Source of the DNA: Nitrospirota bacterium
GTDB lineage: Bacteria; Nitrospirota; UBA9217
Assembly: GCA_963740085.1 (NCBI GenBank)
Contig: CAVUCU010000001.1
Location: forward strand, 640,001 to 704,000
DNA: 64,000 bases
Direction: 5' to 3'
A program made the translations under genes and the position numbers. Below, piece after piece: positions 50,431 to 59,496 of this stretch. The notes under the pieces were generated by a model. The model ran no database searches. It had not been told where the DNA came from and saw only the letters and a list, made by a program, of their open reading frames with translations. How positions within the stretch are numbered: the first letter of the stretch is position 1; each line of letters opens with the position of its first letter.

Positions 50431-52740
50431 TCACGTCTTCAGCTTTTCAGCCTCTACCCAGGCGTCGATCGCACCCGGTTCCATGGGCACTGAGATCAGG
50501 AACCCCTGCCCGAACTGGCATTGCATATTCTGCATATTCACCAACTGGTGGTTCATTTCCACGCCTTCGGCGATCACGTCAAAATGCATGCCGGCGGCCA
50601 GAGAGAGGATCGACTGAATGATCTCCTTGTTCTTGCCGTCTGCGGAGAGCTTTTTGATGAACGATCGGTCGATTTTGATTGCGTCGATCGGAAAGCGGTG
50701 CAGATAGCTCAGCGAGGAATAGCCTGTGCCAAAATCATCGATGTGGATCTGGACGCCCATGCGCCTCAACTGTTGCATCGTTTCTATCGCAGTATCGACG
50801 TTTTCCATGATCATGCTCTCCGTCAACTCGAGCGCCAGCGTGTGCGCGTCGATCCCAGTCTCCGTGATGATGGCGGACACCTTGCCTGCGAGATCGCCCT
50901 GCATGAACTGTTTGCCCGAAATATTGACGCTCATCTTGAGCGGGGGCTGCTCGGGATACCGGTCCTGGAGCACCCGCAGTTCATGGCAGGACTCCCGGAG
51001 GATCCACTCGCCGATGGTGTTGATCAGACCATTCTCCTCGGCCATGGGGATGAATTCCAGGGGATAGATGAGGCCCCTCGTGGGATGGTTCCACCGAACA
51101 AGGGCCTCGAAAGCGATCAACTGGCGTGTCTTCAGGTCGATTATGGGCTGATAGAAGAGGACGAACTCCTTGTGGTCCAGCGCCCCGCGCATATCGGCCT
51201 CGAGCTGCAGCCGGTCCAGGATGTTCGCATGCATCTTGGGGTCGAAGATCTCGTGGCACGCACTGCCCCTTGCCTTTGCCTGGTACATGGCGATGTCCGC
51301 ATCGCGCAGCGCCTGTTCGGGCCTCTCATAGTGCTCGGAGCTCATGGCGATCCCGATGCTCACGGACGAGAATACTTCATTTTCCTTGACCAGGAGCGGC
51401 GCCGACAGTTTATGATGGATCCGTTCGGCCACCTCAACAGCATCCTTCACTTCATTTATGTTATGAAGGAGCACGGCGAACTCGTCTCCGCCGAGGCGCG
51501 CGACCGTATCTCCCGGACGGAGGCACTCTGACAACTTCTGCCCCATGACGACAAGGATCTGGTCGCCCACCGTATGCCCCAGGCTGTCATTGATTATCTT
51601 AAACCGGTCCATATCGAGGAATAGTACCGCGTAGACCTCGTTGGGGCGTCGCTTCGACACGGTTATGATGTGCTGGAGCCGGTCCATGAAGAGGGCGCGG
51701 TTCGGAAGCCCCGTCAGGGCGTCGTGAAAAGCATTGTATACCAGCTGGTCGTCCACTGTTTTTTTCGACGTGATGTCGGTCTGGGAGCCGGCCATTCGAT
51801 ACGCATGGCCTTCCTGGTCCCTTATCGCCAGCCCCCGGTTGAGAACCCAGCGGTACATCCCGTCCTTGTGGATGATCCGGTACTCGCTTTCAAAATGCTC
51901 GCTCCGTCCGCTGAGGTGGGCGGCGATCTTGGCTTCGACTTCACCGCGATCGTCGGGATGGACCCTGCGAAACCATTCTTCCGGGTAACCGCTGATATTC
52001 TTCTCATCGTACCCAAGCATCGTTTTCCACCGGATGGAGTAATAGACCAGGTTGGTCCGCAGGTCCCAGTCCCACAGTCCGTCGTTCGCACCGCGGGCAG
52101 CCAGGGCATACCGTTCTTCGCTTTCGCGGAGCGCCTCCTCGGCCCGCTTACGTTCCGTGATATCCTGCGTGTACTCAATAACGTGCGATACCTGGCCCTC
52201 ACTGTCAAGGATAGGATAGGTATGTATCGCGACCCAGGTTTTTGTTCCGTCCAATGAATGCACTTCTTTTTCCCTGGCGCAGGGATTTATGGATAAAGAC
52301 GTTTCTTGTACAATACAGTCATCACAGGCACTGCTCCTCTTCAGAAGGGTATCAAAACATGTTTTCCCGATCAGATCATCAAGCCTCGTGTACTTCAAAT
52401 GCGCATAGGCCTCGTTCGCCCGGATGATCTTGTAGTCGCGGTCGATGATGCAAAAAGGGTCTTGAATGCTGTCGAAGATGGTATTGAGAAAGGACTCGGA
52501 CTTCTTCAGCGCCTCCGCGGTTTGTTGGTGCTCCTTCATCTCCTCCTCAAGCTTATTGATTGGTTTGGTTAACTCCCGGGTCAGGATCACGACGGCTGTG
52601 ACGACAAGGACAAAGGTCATGACCCAGACAAGACCAACGATCGTCTCATTGGTGTTCCCTTTGTACGTGGTGGTAAACACCCCCCCAAGAATGGAAAACA
52701 AAAACACGGTGAGCAGGGATAAAATGATATTCCGCTTCAT
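50431..52740 (-). CDS. Membrane PAS-PAS-GGDEF-EAL diguanylate cyclase/phosphodiesterase
   Basis: Two TM segments, two PAS domains, HDALTGLPNR, RLGGDEF, EALVRW, DDFGTGYSSL. Confidence 0.94.
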   Translation of the reverse strand: MKRNIILSLLTVFLFSILGGVFTTTYKGNTNETIVGLVWVMTFVLVVTAVVILTRELTKPINKLEEEMKEHQQTAEALKKSESFLNTIFDSIQDPFCIIDRDYKIIRANEAYAHLKYTRLDDLIGKTCFDTLLKRSSACDDCIVQETSLSINPCAREKEVHSLDGTKTWVAIHTYPILDSEGQVSHVIEYTQDITERKRAEEALRESEERYALAARGANDGLWDWDLRTNLVYYSIRWKTMLGYDEKNISGYPEEWFRRVHPDDRGEVEAKIAAHLSGRSEHFESEYRIIHKDGMYRWVLNRGLAIRDQEGHAYRMAGSQTDITSKKTVDDQLVYNAFHDALTGLPNRALFMDRLQHIITVSKRRPNEVYAVLFLDMDRFKIINDSLGHTVGDQILVVMGQKLSECLRPGDTVARLGGDEFAVLLHNINEVKDAVEVAERIHHKLSAPLLVKENEVFSSVSIGIAMSSEHYERPEQALRDADIAMYQAKARGSACHEIFDPKMHANILDRLQLEADMRGALDHKEFVLFYQPIIDLKTRQLIAFEALVRWNHPTRGLIYPLEFIPMAEENGLINTIGEWILRESCHELRVLQDRYPEQPPLKMSVNISGKQFMQGDLAGKVSAIITETGIDAHTLALELTESMIMENVDTAIETMQQLRRMGVQIHIDDFGTGYSSLSYLHRFPIDAIKIDRSFIKKLSADGKNKEIIQSILSLAAGMHFDVIAEGVEMNHQLVNMQNMQCQFGQGFLISVPMEPGAIDAWVEAEKLKT

Positions 52741-52795
52741 AGATTGACCTCCTTCCCCTGCATTCATGCCACGACCTATACCAATACTTGTAATG

Positions 52796-52824
52796 ATTAT
52801 AATCCATTATGAGCAAGTTGTCAA
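52796..52824 (-). promoter_or_regulatory. Consensus sigma-70 promoter of the GGDEF/EAL gene
   Basis: Minus strand TTGACA-17 nt-TATAAT, a perfect match. Confidence 0.8.
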
Positions 52825-53012
52825 CATTTATTGTTATTGGCCGTTTTTTTTTGTAATTAGATCCCACGGCTCGGATGCGGGTAATAGGAGGTATTGCTCT
52901 TGTCGCACTGCCCGTTTCCCCGGCCCTAAGGCTGACAACTGTCCGTAAAATATTTAATGAGCATCTTGTTCGAATAAAGAAGGCCGTTAAAAAGGGATAT
53001 GAGGGGTTTTGG

Positions 53013-53660
53013 TTAGTCGGTCGAGCGGGAGCCGGTTTGTTCAAGCATGGCAACCAGCTTGCCCCAGTTGAAGGTCTGGATGTTCAGGATCTGTGCGCGA
53101 ATGAGTTTGATCGCCTGAACAAGGTCCCCTTCCCTCTTCATGTTATAGAACGGCAGCAACGCGGCGAACGCCCGGTCCGTATAGTCAGCGATGGGAACGA
53201 GCACGTCATCCCGCCTCGTATAGTAAGGGTCTTCTCCCGGTGCACAGGGGGTAGTGAAGACGTTGAACTGCCGGCAGCCGATAGGCCGGAAAGGATGGAT
53301 GGAGCACGAAGCGTCGATTAAAAAAGGACAGGGAGAATCCGCCGTATGGGCGGCGAGACGGATTTTCAGCGCATCCCGGGTGGTCGCGGGCAATTTTTCA
53401 ACGACATACCAGTAGATGCCGACCAGTTCGTGGGGATAGAGAGGCAGATCTTTTTGATGCTCACAGCAATTGCCGCATCCTTTGCCGCAGGCGAGTTTCT
53501 TCTTCTGTTTTTTTTCAGAGTCCCGCAGTGCAACTGATATTCCCGTGTCCGCAAGAGCGTACGCGTCTAACAGCATCGGCAGCCACGGGAGACGCTTTTC
53601 TTCCTCCGGAAAATGCAACCGCCGTGAAAGGCCACCCCTGGTCTTATTTGTTTTTTTCAT
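53013..53660 (-). CDS. YkgJ / CxxCxxCC family Cys-cluster protein
   Basis: ACGKGCGNCC...CPFL...CSIHPFRPIGCR. Confidence 0.88.
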   Translation of the reverse strand: MKKTNKTRGGLSRRLHFPEEEKRLPWLPMLLDAYALADTGISVALRDSEKKQKKKLACGKGCGNCCEHQKDLPLYPHELVGIYWYVVEKLPATTRDALKIRLAAHTADSPCPFLIDASCSIHPFRPIGCRQFNVFTTPCAPGEDPYYTRRDDVLVPIADYTDRAFAALLPFYNMKREGDLVQAIKLIRAQILNIQTFNWGKLVAMLEQTGSRSTD

Positions 53661-53691
53661 TCCGACCTCCGCATTTCCGCCTCCAAACCTC

Positions 53692-55164
53692 TTACCCGAC
53701 CTTCAGCATCTCCGGGTTCGTATGAGGAATGAATACCGCGCCCAGGTACTCCTTCATGAACTCCGGGTCGTCCTGCATGGGTTTGTAGGTGATCTTTTCC
53801 ACGATGGCATCTATTGCATACACCAGTTCGGCGTCAAGAAGCATCATACGCGCACCGGCAAGGGACGAGTTTCCCTGGGCCTTCACAATTTCCGCAGGCC
53901 ACTGCGGAAGCATGCCGATGCCCGCAGCCTTCTTCGCATTGATGCCGGTCCCGAGAGCGCCGGACACATAGACGTTTTTAATGTCTCCGAACGAAATGCC
54001 CACGGAGCGGGTGAGCACAAGAAGCAGCGTGAACATGGCCGCCTTGGATTTCATAAGACTCTGGATCTCGTTCTGGGTGATGGTGAGAGCATCCTGCTTG
54101 TCACAGACGATTGAGAACGTCTTTTCGCCATTAATGATAGTAACGCGCTCCCCGTCGACAAGGGACCCGCTCTGGTCGACCATCCCCGACCGGTAAAGCT
54201 CATAGAGAAGGCTTACCATGCCCGATCCGCAGATCCCCCCGGGCGGGGCCTGGTCAAAGGTCTTGCAGGAGATATTCCCGTCACTGATCTCGACATCATA
54301 GACGATCCCCGTGTCAGCCCGTTTCCCGATCTTCGATATCCCCTCTTCGAGCGCCGGGCCGGCGGCACCGGCCCCCACGATCATCCAGTCCCGGTTCCCG
54401 ATCACGATCTCGGCATTCGTCCCGACGTCGATCAGGATCGAGGTCTTATCCGATAGGGCCATGCCCGAAGCCAGAATGCCGGCGGTAATGTCGCCGCCTA
54501 CATAGCTCCCTGCGTTCGGGAACACGTACACGATGGCCTCCGGGTTGATCGCTATGTTCAGCTCCGTTGCGCGGAAGGATCCCGGGGTGCGTACCACGGG
54601 AGCGAACGGTTCAACCGGTATAGTGGAGATATCAAGACCTAAAAAAAAATGGGTCATTACCGTGTTGCCGGCCACGGTCATGGCATGGATATCCTGGGTA
54701 GCGACCCCCGCTTCCCGGCAAAGATCGAGGATCAGTCCCTTGATCCCGTTCATAAGCACCCGATAGACCTCTTCGCCGTTGCCCGTCATGGTGTGGTGCA
54801 TGCGGGTCATGATGTCGCTGCCAAATATGGTCTGCGGGTTCTCCCTGCTTTTCGTCAGAACATCCTTTTGCGAGACATTGTCGAACAGCAGGGCAACCAG
54901 GTTCGTGGTCCCGAGGTCAAGGGCGACGGAATAAGAACACTCCTTTCCAATATCGATCAGGAGGTAGCCATTCCCGGTCCGCCCGATGATACAGGAGAAC
55001 GCGGACTGTTCCTTGATGACGGGAGGGACCTTTCTTAAAATCGACAACGGAATAGTAAGAGGCCTGAGCCCCAGGGCATCGGTGATCCGCTGATCGTGGG
55101 CGCGGCGGTCGTCATCGGAGGGCTGTAGCGGATGGATGGTCTTCTTGAAAATCAGTGCCGTCAT
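53692..55164 (-). CDS. ASKHA-fold RACo (DUF4445) reductive activator of corrinoid proteins, lacking the N-terminal 2Fe-2S domain
   Basis: ALDLGTT, NPQ..FGSDI, AGNTVM, YVGGDI, DVGTNAE, AAGPALEEG, GICGSG, KAA, GNSSLAGA. Confidence 0.88.
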   Translation of the reverse strand: MTALIFKKTIHPLQPSDDDRRAHDQRITDALGLRPLTIPLSILRKVPPVIKEQSAFSCIIGRTGNGYLLIDIGKECSYSVALDLGTTNLVALLFDNVSQKDVLTKSRENPQTIFGSDIMTRMHHTMTGNGEEVYRVLMNGIKGLILDLCREAGVATQDIHAMTVAGNTVMTHFFLGLDISTIPVEPFAPVVRTPGSFRATELNIAINPEAIVYVFPNAGSYVGGDITAGILASGMALSDKTSILIDVGTNAEIVIGNRDWMIVGAGAAGPALEEGISKIGKRADTGIVYDVEISDGNISCKTFDQAPPGGICGSGMVSLLYELYRSGMVDQSGSLVDGERVTIINGEKTFSIVCDKQDALTITQNEIQSLMKSKAAMFTLLLVLTRSVGISFGDIKNVYVSGALGTGINAKKAAGIGMLPQWPAEIVKAQGNSSLAGARMMLLDAELVYAIDAIVEKITYKPMQDDPEFMKEYLGAVFIPHTNPEMLKVG

Positions 55165-55357
55165 TGCTCCCCTTCGCTCGTCGGGATAATATGGCAACGG
55201 TTTATGAATAACACACTCGGGAGAACGCTGTCAATTGAATGTTTTCGCGGTGCGATGAACATTTCAATTGTTTGCGAATTCATTGGAAATGCAGTATACT
55301 GAAACGCATATACCGTACCGGTAAAATCATTAAAAAAACGCGGGAGGGACCGAAAAC

Positions 55358-56591
55358 ATGTATGCAAGCGGGAACATCACGCGGAACACAGTCGCCATCG
55401 TCCTTGCCGGCGGCAAGGGCGAGCGTCTCAGTCCCATCACGATCGGCAGGCCGAAGCCCGCAGTCCCCTTTGGCGGGAAATACAAGATCATCGACTTTGT
55501 CCTGAGCAACATGTTCAATTCCGGCATCAGGCAGACCTATGTCCTGACCCAGTATCATGCCTACTCGCTCAGCAAGCATATCAAGGACTCCTGGGGCAAA
55601 TGGGTCGGGCTCGGTGAGTTTTATGACAGCATTTCTCCTGAGACAACGAGTATGGGCGAACAGTGGTACAAGGGCACTGCCGACGCCATCTACCAGAACC
55701 TGCAGCTCATCGAAGCATCGGGCGCCGAGTATGTGGTCATCTTCGGCGGCGATCATATCTACAAGATGGACATCTCACAGATGATAATGTATCACCGCAT
55801 GAACAAAGCGGACCTTACCCTTGCGGCCCTTGATGTATCCGTGGAGGATGCGACGCGCTTTGGCATCGTGCGGGTGGACGAAGACCTGCGCGTAAAGTCG
55901 TTCCTGGAAAAACCGGACGATCCTCCCCTTGTCCCGGGAAGAAATACCTGTTTCGCGTCTATGGGCAACTACATCTTCTCCATAAGGAAACTGATCGACG
56001 TCCTGAAAAAGGGAAAGCGCAAGTACGAAGACCTCGATTTTGGACAGCACGTGATCCCGATGATGCTCGAACAGGGAGACAAGGTCTTCGCCTACAGTTT
56101 TTTCGACAATAATATCCCCGGCATGGAGCCGAACGAGCGGGGCTACTGGAAGGACGTGGGCACTCTCGATTCGTACTATGATGCGAACATGGACCTGATC
56201 CACGTCAGCCCCCAGTTAAACCTCTACAACTACAGCTGGCCCATCCTGACCAACCAGGGCAACCTTCCGCCGGCCAAGACCGTGTTCGATGACGACGGCC
56301 GACGCGGGCAGAACCTCGATTCACTCGTCTGCGGAGGCTGCATCACGAGCGGGGCGACGGTGCGGCGGTCCATCCTTGGACCCTCCTGCAAGGTGCACAG
56401 CTATGCCCTGGTCGAGGACTCGATCCTCTTCGAGAACGTGCAGGTCGGAAGGAACGCAAAGATCAGAAAGGCCATTATCGACGATAGCATCATCATACCG
56501 GAAGGGATGGAGATCGGCTTCGACCATGAAGAGGACCGGATGCAGGGGGTGCATCGTCACCGAGTCGGGCATCGTGGTCGTTACAAAGTAA
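55358..56591 (+). CDS. glgC: Glucose-1-phosphate adenylyltransferase; +1 frameshift near 56545 alters the final codons
   Basis: LAGGKGERL, KPAVPFGG, WYKGTADA, GDHIYKMD, ASMGNY, YWKDVG; native end VTESGIVVVTK lies in the other frame. Confidence 0.93.
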
Positions 56592-56599
56592 AGACAGGA

Positions 56600-56893
56600 G
56601 GCCGGAATGCTCTTATTTCTTTGCGCTGAGCGCTTCACTGCGGGAAATCCCGCCAAGGCGAAGAACTGGTCATCAAGTTTGCGAATGGGACCGGTGCGAA
56701 ATTGAAATCTCTCTTGAAAGGATCACGGTTTGCCGGCAGGCTGTCCCAGCGGGTCCTGATCGCCCTCGGGGACCATGCTGCCCGCTGGATGATCGAAAGC
56801 CGGCAGACATCCCGGACCTCAATGCCAAACTATTTGACCTTCGTCCATCGGGAGTTTCTTCAATCTCTCAAACCTGATGCCGCCACCAGGTAA
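56600..56893 (+). pseudogene. Remnant of an SsuA/NrtA-type periplasmic binding protein gene (C-terminus only)
   Basis: Fragments AERFTAGNPAKAK and LSQRVLIALGDHAARWMIE...MPNYLTFV..EFLQSLKPDA resemble the C-terminus of binding proteins that precede sensor kinases. Confidence 0.5.
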
Positions 56894-56911
56894 AGTGAGC
56901 TCGGGACACCT

Positions 56912-58420
56912 ATGAAAATTAGGGATAAACTAGTCATTATTGCAGTACTTCCCATCGTATTGGTTCTGAACCTCGGCGCGATCCAGTACCGGAATACCGT
57001 CGTCATCGCGCGTCTGAACGAGAAAGCACGGATCGCCGATGATATCTTCAAGAAGCTGTCATTGCTCAACCGGCTGACCCTTGAACGCAACATATATAAC
57101 GAGGAACGCATCAGCATTCAGTGGGTGGAGTACCATACCGATATCGGGAAACAGCTTGAGACCGCGACACCATTGTTCGGTGACAAAAAAGAGCGGAACA
57201 TCATGGACCTGGTTAAGAGCGGCCACAGAACGCTCGGGACTCTCTTCGGCCAGCTCGACCCTCGCAGTGTCAGCGATGGAGAAAAGAGTACGAGATCCAA
57301 GTCTGCCAATCGCGTAACAAGCCGCCTCCTCCAGGAGATGGAGCTTATCATGGCCGAGGTGGAGCGCTTACACACGATCAACCACGACTCCGCTGTTGAA
57401 TATGCACAGCGGCAAAGCCGGCTCTTCACGGTGTTCCTTGTCGCTCTTGCACTGGCGGTTCCCTCGACGGCATTTTTTGTCATAAGAGCTTTTTCGCGGT
57501 CGCTTGCAGCCTTGCAAGCAGGCATGCAGGCCGTTGCCGCCGGCAACCTCGAATACCGGATCAATTCGACCGCCCGCGACGAGGTCGGCGACGTGTCCCG
57601 CGCCTTCGACATAATGGCGGAACAGCGGCTCAAGGCGAAACAGGCGCAGCAGGACTCCGAACGAATACTCGTCCACCAGTCCAGGCTGGCAGCCATGGGC
57701 GAGATGATCGGCGCCATCGCTCACCAGTGGCGGCAGCCGTTGAACGCTGTCAATGCCATTATCCAGGACCTGAAGGACGCCTTTGCATACGGCGTCCTCG
57801 ACCGCAATTACCTTGACCGTTCGGTAAAGGACGCCATGCAGCAGGTCCAGTTCATGTCGAAAACGATCGACGACTTCCGGAACTTCTTCCATCCCGATAA
57901 AACAAAGAAGCCTTTTGACGTGAAGGAGGCCGCGGGAGATGTGTTGACCATGGTTTCTTCTCAGCTTGCCTCTCACGGGATATCGTATCGCATCACCTGC
58001 CACGTCCATAATCGTACCTTCGAGGACTTCAACTCCCCCGTCATTCCCTGCGGAGAGATGAAGCTACTCGGATATGAGAACGAGATGAAGCAGGTATTCC
58101 TGAATCTTGTCAACAACGCGAAGGATGCGATTTTGGGGTGCCGGGAGCATGGTCTGATGGGCCCGGGGGTGAAGGGGCTGATCACCGTTGATTTCGAACA
58201 TCCCGGAGAGCGGGTCGTGATCAGGGTGACGGACAACGGCGGGGGTATTTCTGCCGATATCCTTGATAGGATCTTTGAACCCTATTTCTCGACAAAGGAA
58301 CCGGGCCGTGGTACAGGGATAGGGCTGTACATGTCGAAGATGATTATTGAAAATAATATGGGCGGCCGGCTGACTGCCCGTAACGTGGACGGCGGGGCCG
58401 AGTTCAGGATCGAGGTGTGA
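56912..58420 (+). CDS. Membrane sensor histidine kinase (HAMP-HisKA-HATPase)
   Basis: IAHQWRQPL, QVFLNLVNNAKDA, DNGGG, GTGIGLY. Confidence 0.92.
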   Translation: MKIRDKLVIIAVLPIVLVLNLGAIQYRNTVVIARLNEKARIADDIFKKLSLLNRLTLERNIYNEERISIQWVEYHTDIGKQLETATPLFGDKKERNIMDLVKSGHRTLGTLFGQLDPRSVSDGEKSTRSKSANRVTSRLLQEMELIMAEVERLHTINHDSAVEYAQRQSRLFTVFLVALALAVPSTAFFVIRAFSRSLAALQAGMQAVAAGNLEYRINSTARDEVGDVSRAFDIMAEQRLKAKQAQQDSERILVHQSRLAAMGEMIGAIAHQWRQPLNAVNAIIQDLKDAFAYGVLDRNYLDRSVKDAMQQVQFMSKTIDDFRNFFHPDKTKKPFDVKEAAGDVLTMVSSQLASHGISYRITCHVHNRTFEDFNSPVIPCGEMKLLGYENEMKQVFLNLVNNAKDAILGCREHGLMGPGVKGLITVDFEHPGERVVIRVTDNGGGISADILDRIFEPYFSTKEPGRGTGIGLYMSKMIIENNMGGRLTARNVDGGAEFRIEV

Positions 58421-58421
58421 G

Positions 58422-59078
58422 ATGGAGTTCGCGAATAAGCTGAGCGTAGCGGTGCTCTACGTAGAGGATGAAGAGTTGACCAGGTCCGCGGTAAGCGCAG
58501 CGCTCGGCAGAAGAGTGCAGACCCTTCTGCAGGCGGAACAGGGAAGACAAGGACTGGAGCTCTTTCGTCTGCACCGGCCAGGCATCGTCATCACCGACAT
58601 CCGGATGCCGGTCATGGACGGGCTCACGATGGTCCGGGAGATAAAAGCGCTGGACGATAAAACGCAGATCCTCATAACCACCGCCCATAACGATACTCAA
58701 TATTTTCTGGATGCCCTTGACCTCGGTATCGACCACTATGTGCTCAAGCCCATAGACCACGAGAAGCTCTTCTCAGGCCTGGAGAAGTGCATGGCAACGA
58801 TCAACAGTGAAAAAGAGAAGCAGCGGCACCAGCAGGAGCGCGATAACCTTATTGCCAAGCTGCAAGAGGCCCTTGCTACGATCAAGACCCTGCATGGCAT
58901 ACTGCCTATCTGTTCCTCCTGCAAAAAGATCCGCGACGATAAAGGCTTCTGGACACGGATAGAAGCATATATCAGCGAACACACGGATGCCGAGTTCAGC
59001 CACGGAATCTGTTCGGAATGCGCCGAGAAATTATATCCCGATTATTTTAGGAGGAAAAGGGATAGAGCCGGAAAATAA
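58422..59078 (+). CDS. Response regulator with C-terminal CxxC...HxxCxxC domain
   Basis: YVEDE, TDIRMP, KPI; LPICSSCKKIRDD...SHGICSEC. Confidence 0.9.
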   Translation: MEFANKLSVAVLYVEDEELTRSAVSAALGRRVQTLLQAEQGRQGLELFRLHRPGIVITDIRMPVMDGLTMVREIKALDDKTQILITTAHNDTQYFLDALDLGIDHYVLKPIDHEKLFSGLEKCMATINSEKEKQRHQQERDNLIAKLQEALATIKTLHGILPICSSCKKIRDDKGFWTRIEAYISEHTDAEFSHGICSECAEKLYPDYFRRKRDRAGK

Positions 59079-59198
59079 CCGGACGACGGCCCCTCCTACC
59101 GATGACAGCCTAATTCTGATTTCAGGCGATATGCATCTTTGCTTTCAGAATGAGTATCTTTTGATGCCTTTTTCTGTTCATAGGGGATTAAAGGCATA

Positions 59199-59418
59199 AT
59201 GAGCGACGAGGAAAAAACAAAACAGCACCTGCTCAATGAATTGGCGGAAATGCGTCGGCGAATAGACTGAATATGAAGCATCAGGAACAGATTGTCGGCA
59301 CACAGAACAGGAACTGCTATTACACCGCCAACAGCTCCAGAAACTGGTTGATGATCGAACGTCAAAACTCATGTTGTTCTCCCGGGCCTTCGAGGAGGCC
59401 ATGGACTCCTTGTGCTGA
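59199..59418 (+). pseudogene. Truncated N-terminal coiled coil of a PAS sensor protein
   Basis: MSDEEKTKQHLLNELAEMRRRI, then after a +1 shift TEYEAS...EQELLLHRQQLQKLVDDRTSKL..SRAFEEAMD and a stop. Confidence 0.55.
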
Positions 59419-59496
59419 GCTTTATCATCCTTTCCGGCAACATGCGCCTGAGACAGGAAAGTCTGCGTTCAGCGGGGCTTGTCCTGATCGGCTGCT

